Below, piece after piece: positions 58,219-64,000 of a stretch of 64,000 nt of DNA. The position numbers and the translations under genes are program-made. Every line of letters starts with the position of its first letter. Within the stretch, counting starts at the first letter, position 1. The notes below the pieces were generated by a model. It was not told where the DNA came from. It saw only the letters and a program-made list of their open reading frames with translations, and did not search any database. Source of the stretch: Octopus sinensis (lineage: Eukaryota); contig NC_043009.1 in assembly GCF_006345805.1 (NCBI RefSeq), positions 21,948,001 through 22,012,000 on the forward strand, written 5' to 3'.

Positions 58219-59053
58219 ACAGCTAGTTATAAAAATCTCGAGACAGAGTAGTAACGTACACTAAACAGAAAAGCGAGTAGCCACATCAATGTGACAGATG
58301 AATGTTACTAGTAGTTTAGCCCCAGGCGAGTTCTCCACCAGCTGGGTTTCGGTACAAGCTCTGCACCCTTTATGTACAACACATTGCTAGCAGGGGCAGC
58401 GAACCCCTACTACCCTCCAACAGCTGACAGGATCGCAGGACTGGCTGGTTTGGAGCTTCTTGGCTCACATCAGCCGCGCGAGCCTGCACAGTGGACTGTA
58501 GCTAAGATCCGTTCCTGCTAGCGATATATGCACATTAAGATGTTGTTCTGCAGTCGTTAAGAAAATGCCTAAAAAGCTCTTCAGAGCAGCGACTGTTATA
58601 ATAAAACATCTGCCACGCCTCCAAATATTTATGGAGAACTTTTTTTGTGTGTGCCTTTCTCCCTACCTCTATATTAATAAGAAGACAAAATTGTTTGCAT
58701 CTATATGTATTCGCTATGGTGTTGGACAAATTTTAAATATCTAAAATTATTTTAATTTTATCAAACACAGCAATTTGTCGGCCCCACTACACTTTTTTTT
58801 TCAATCCTCACAGGACCTTTCCTTGTGAGAATCACTACTTTAGGCAGTGTTGAAAGCAACTATATCAAGTTAGTATTTTAATCTTCAGGCTTAAACTGTG
58901 TGTGTGTGTGTGTGTAAAAGAGAAAGAGAGAGGGGGGAGAGAGAGAGATTATATTAAACACAAGTTTATATTATTTGTTCCAAAATATTTTACAAAGTTG
59001 ATTTTTTTCAATTGTTATATCAAAAGAAACACAGATATAATAATAACAATAAC

Positions 59054-59139
<86 letters not shown>

Positions 59140-59177
59140 TATTATTATTATTATCATTATCATTATTATCATTATTA

Positions 59178-59214
<37 letters not shown>

Positions 59215-59747
59215 CATCATTATCATTATCATTATTATTATTATTTGTACATTAATCAAATCAGAGAAATCCAATACTGGAAATGTAATGTTTCAAATTA
59301 GTTCGTTTTGGCGATGAAAATTTCCAAGGAGACGTTTATAGCATTTTCATTGCCCACCCCACAAAAATCTAGGGGATGCAAGCGTACACCCTGTACCACC
59401 TGTTCCTGCGCCATATTGTATGGCGAGCTGCCGATATTCTAACTCTAGTAATGCGTTATGGCTTACTCATCCTCTTCTTCACAGCCGCTACAGACTGGGA
59501 ATCTCAAGAGCAGTGGGAGATCAAACTCATTTGGCTTTGTGAGCGAGATTGAAGCATCAATTAGATTTAGCGAGTTGAATATGGACAATCACTCCTAAAA
59601 ATAATCTTATTTATTGGGAAGGTTAAAGGAAATGGTTTAAGGGGGTTACTATACATTATTTCAACATTATTATATCAGGTGCCAGCAAAGCTTGTACGCA
59701 GAGATGTGCAGAGAAAAAACTCGTCTGCATGATATATGATTGATTGA

Positions 59748-60490
59748 TTGATTGATTGATTCTAGTTTCAGCTCATGAGCTGTGGCCATGCTGGGGCACC
59801 GCCATTTGGTGTTGCTACTTGGTTTTACTTCACGAAAGCTTTTTAGCAACTGCCATTTGGTGCATGAGAGAGTTCGATGCAGCTGCCCTCATCTGCACCT
59901 CCTGCCGTGAAGTTGGTTCATCTGGGACACCTGACAGGAAGAGATCCACTTCCATTTTAAAGACATCTGCATCCACCCCATGCAGGTCTCTCAGGTTCTT
60001 CGGGAGGATATTGAAGAGCTGTGGGCCTCGGAAGCCCAGGCTATCACAGTATCTTGTCCTACATCTTGATGGCAAATTTGGAGTCCTAGGCACCACGCAG
60101 TGGCGCCCAGTTCTGGCATTTGTGTAACTCTCGATGCCAAAGTTTGGGACACGTCCCTCCAGGATCTTCCAGATGTATATTATGGCATATCTTTCCCGCC
60201 TACGCTCCAAGGAATATAGTTTTAATCTCTTGAGTCTTTCCCAGTAGCTTACATTCTGCATAGAGGCTATCTTCTTTGTGTAGCTACGCTGGATCGCCTC
60301 GAGCTCTGTGATCAACTTGACACTGGATGGTGACCATAACTGAGAGCAGTAGTCAAAGTGGCTTAGGACAAGTGTCCTCCAGAGGACCATCATGGTTTCT
60401 TGTTCTCTTGTTCTAAAGGTTCTGATAATCCATCCGGCCAGTCGTCTACATTTCATTGCCAATTTAGCAACATGTACACGAAAGGTTGCG
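59748..60490 (-). mobile_element. Short 5'-truncated CR1-clade LINE, same family as 34151-36706
   Basis: ORF 59830-60462 (LSHFDYCSQLWSP, LYSLERRRER); (CAAT)n tail. Confidence 0.92.
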
Positions 60491-61719
60491 GTCTAATTAA
60501 GTTAGAATATTTAGAGTGAGGATAGAGACAGCAATTGTCCAAATGAATGCCTGCAATTGGTTGGAGGACCAATGTTTGATAGAAAGTTTGCACTTTCGGC
60601 GTCGTTCAAGTTATTTAGATAAATCAACCCGTTTGACTCGGTGAATAAAAACAAAATGGAGACTGGCTACATGTTGTAGTACATGGACTCACAAGCCTCG
60701 TTTTCATTAGTTGAGCTAACAAATATTCCTTAAGGTACAACAATTTGATGAATTGCAATCGGTGTTAATCACAACTTGAGTCAGATTTCAATTCTGAACA
60801 CATGCTAACGATATACATTTTACAGATTATTTTAGAATTGAATAATAATAATTGTTTTGTATAAAACTGAATCAAGGAACCGGACTAAGAATTGTTGAGA
60901 GCTGGATCCGACTCACCAGCCGTATGTATGTTATCCCTGCTCTTAGTGATATCTCGACCTGTTGGAAAAAAGCAGCAAACTCTCCCTTACATCACATTCT
61001 ACTGTCTTAAAACAAGAAAGTCAAACGAGATAATATAACCTTAGAGATAAATTTCGGAATTGGCGTAGTTGGAATGTCTGTAACCATAGATTGCTTTGAT
61101 CAAGGTTGACTTGGGGGTTAAAAAAAAAGCAACAATGACAGCACGTATGAAAATTGATTGCAACAATTATCGTTCCGTGAAGTTAACTTGTTCTCATAAA
61201 AACATCTAGAGTTAGCGGTTGTGTAAAAACCTTAGAATTATACAGAATGAATTTCCAGAAGTTAATCTCAAATATCTTAATATAGGGCGTCTCTATTGTG
61301 TAAAAGACAATGGTAAATGCAGAACAAAGTATTTAGTATAACATTCTTCCGTCTTGCCGAGACAGGATAATGCAAAAATTCTTGTATCATTATATTCTTG
61401 CTTCTTTTGTTTGAGACGAAAATTGAAAATTTATTAAAACCACGATGGTATCTGATGGTATCTGGCGCCAACCAAAAGAACCTATCCTACTTATAAATTA
61501 TTTGCAAAACTGAAGCTGCTTGCAGCATTAATGAAAAATAACTCGGTGGAACTGCAAAGATGCTTCAAGATCGCATGCAGTTATGACTACCAAATAGTCT
61601 CTTCAACAATGTATCAGTTATAAAAGATGGTGGAATTTATTAATTAGTTAAAATGAGGAGAGGAAGCGCTCCTGAACATTTAGCCTCCACTTCTAATAAT
61701 AGTAATAATAATAATGATA

Positions 61720-62140
61720 ATAATAATCCTTTCTACTGGAGGCACAAGGCCTCAGATTTGGCGGGAGGGGACTGGTCGATTATATCGACCCTAGTACTCA
61801 ACTGGTACTTATTTTATCGACTCCGAAAGGATGAAAGGCAAAGATTACCATGGCGGAATTTGAACCCAGAAGGTCAAGAGAGGCGAAATGCCGCAAAGCA
61901 TTTTGTCAAGCGTGCTAATGATGATGATGATGATCATCATCATCATCATCATCATCATCCTTTCTACTATAGGCACAAGGCCTGAAACTTTGGGGAAGGG
62001 GGCAGTCGAATAGATTGACCTCAGTACGCAACTGGTACTTATTTTACCGACTCGGAAAGGATGGAAGACAAAGTCGATTTCGGCGGAATTTGAACTTAGA
62101 ACTTAAAGATGGACGAAATACAGCGAAGCATCTTGTCCAT
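61720..62140 (-). mobile_element. Two SINE family B copies
   Basis: Reverse complement of the family B core, twice. Confidence 0.8.
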
Positions 62141-62280
62141 CACATTAGCTCTTTCTTTATAGCCAACAGACAGAGGAAAACTCCCTGCTCTTCCATTTCC
62201 TAGCCAAAAGAAAGCTGCCGGATGATCCTCACGATAGACTCGGCTGATAACTGGATCCGTCCTACACGCGACAACAGCTA

Positions 62281-62470
62281 TGTGGAGGTGCAATGGCCCA
62301 GTGGTTAGGGCAGTGGACTCGCGGTCGTAAGAACGCGGTTTCGATTCCCAGACCGGGCATTGTGAGTGTTTATTGAGCAAAAACACCTTAGCTCCACGAG
62401 TCTCCGACGGGTGGTGGTGAACCCCGCTGTACTCTTTCACCACAACTTTCTCTCACTCTTTCTTCCTACT
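62281..62470 (+). mobile_element. SINE family C, 3' truncated
   Basis: Matches 17180-17365. Confidence 0.85.
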
Positions 62471-62827
62471 TCTGCCACAAAACAGAGGAACCATGGTGTG
62501 GTAAACTTTCAGACCCTAATCTAGATTGCGAATCCTCTGTACCCCAGGATGGTTCAGCTCTCCACCCGTTAAAAGCCACCGTTTACAGAATGAGGATAAC
62601 AACGTAGCTTTCGCGCCCGTGCAACCGCCAGTCTATCGCGTGTGGTGGGTGGATCTTCAAGTTGCCACACGCATTCTTAGTAGATTAGAGTAGGCTCGAA
62701 TTAGAGATTATTCTTTGTGGCTAATGGCGTGAGTCCTGATTGGAAGGAGGGAGGAGGGGAGAAGAAGAAGAAGAAGAAGAAGAAGAAGAAGAAGAAGAAG
62801 AAGAAGAAGAAGAAGAAGAAGAAGAAG

Positions 62828-63010
62828 ACAACAGCTGTTCGACAAAGCTCCACAGGGAAGCAATGCTCGAACACTGGACGAGTACATGCAGAATTGTTTC
62901 ATCGTTTTGTGCGTATTCGGACAGGTCCGCCTGACAGCACTTCCGCGCCTGTAGAGCTTACCTCGAACCGACAGAGCCCGCCCTGCCTCCAGTAGCACTG
63001 CCAAACCAAG
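62828..63010 (-). mobile_element. Fragment of a diverged Tx1-type ORF2 C-terminus next to (TTC)n
   Basis: RALSVRGKLYRRGSAVRRTCP resembles GALPVRDKLYRHGNAVSRACP of the 45-51 kb element; frameshifted. Confidence 0.7.
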
Positions 63011-63141
63011 GACTACATGATTCAATGTTTAGTTTTTAGAGTGAGATTTGATGGATATATGGCTATTTTTAGTTTGTTGATCGACCACATAGAAACTCTC
63101 CCGTTGGCATGTAACAAGCGACCACAGGAGTCTCTCTCCTC

Positions 63142-63182
<41 letters not shown>

Positions 63183-63196
63183 GGTACAACATTTAG

Positions 63197-63794
63197 AAGG
63201 CGGCGTGCTGGCAGAAACGTTAGCAGGCCGGGCGAAATGCTTAGCGGTATTTCGTCTGTCGTTACGTTGTGAGTTCAAATTCCGCCGAGGTCGACTTTGC
63301 CTTTCATCCTTTCGGGGTCGATAAATTAAGTACCAGTTACGCACTGGGGTCGATGTAATCGACTTAATACCTATGTCTGTCCTTGTTTGTCCCCTCTATG
63401 TTTAGCCCCTTGTGGGTAATAAAGAAATAGGTATTTCGTCTGCCGTTACGTTCTGAGTTAAAATTCCGTCGAGGTCGACTTGGCTTTCATCCTTTCGGTG
63501 TCGATAAATTAAGTACCAGTTACGCACTGGGTTCAATATAATCGACTTAATCCGTTTGTCTGTCCTTGTTTGTCCTCTCTGTGTTTAGCCCCTTGTGGGT
63601 AGTAAAGAAATAGGTATTTCGTCTGCCGCTACGTTGAGAGTTCAAATTCCGCCGAGGTTGACTTTGCCTTTCATCCTTTCGGGGTCGATAAATTAAGTAC
63701 CAATTACGCACTGGGGTCGATGTAATCGACTTAATCCGTTTGTCTGTCCTTGTTTGTCCCCTCTGTGTTTAGCCCCTTGTGGGTAGTAAAGAAA
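63197..63794 (+). mobile_element. Young SINE family B trimer (one head plus three ~187-bp bodies) within a 16-bp TSD
   Basis: TAGGTACAACATTTAG at 63181-63196 and 63795-63810; internal junctions GAAATAGGTATTTCG at ~63423 and ~63607. Confidence 0.9.
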
Positions 63795-64000
63795 TAGGTA
63801 CAACATTTAGGCCCGTTGTTTTAGATCTCGATTTTTAAATTATTGAATGCAGGATTAGAGTATATCTGCAACGTAAGAGGCAGTTTCTGTGCTTTATTGG
63901 CATAAATTAACAGTGAAATATCATAGATGCAGATGCTATTTTAGCATATACTGGTCTAATTTCGTGGAATCTGCTGCCAAGGTAATTTTCATTTTCATCT

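Noticed and set aside
63197-63794. Regularly spaced direct repeats resembling a CRISPR array or satellite
   Set aside because: Units are ~187-bp SINE bodies with no unique spacers, in a eukaryotic context with a TSD.

Overview
AT-rich eukaryotic genomic DNA, almost certainly cephalopod (Octopus-like), inferred from the SINE families, (TAA)n/(TA)n/(CA)n microsatellites and LINE types. Most of the window is transposon and microsatellite sequence: R4/Dong-type RT+RLE retrotransposons in (TAA)n, Tx1/L1-clade and CR1-clade LINEs, a Penelope-like element, Tc1/mariner relics, a Helitron-like element, hAT- and Mutator-like MITEs and several tRNA-derived SINE families. Most ORF-track entries are microsatellite artefacts. 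A multi-exon host gene on the minus strand is largely missed by the ORF track. Five well-supported exons (16352-16471, 15029-15445, 10367-10520, 9443-9574, 1930-2058) are phase-compatible and encode a basic linker, about 8 copies of an 11-aa xxVPxTGGQYP repeat and three PLAC-like six-cysteine modules; weaker candidate exons extend to about 33.5 kb. The most interesting non-coding signals are (i) two well-formed type I hammerhead ribozyme motifs plus several minimal or degenerate ones and palindromes built on their cores, (ii) alternating, opposite-strand use of the same TTA/TAA microsatellite by Tx1 and Dong retroelements, and (iii) nested fold-back MITEs with 8-bp TSDs that carry TTAGGG repeats. 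All calls were made by eye; no database search was run.
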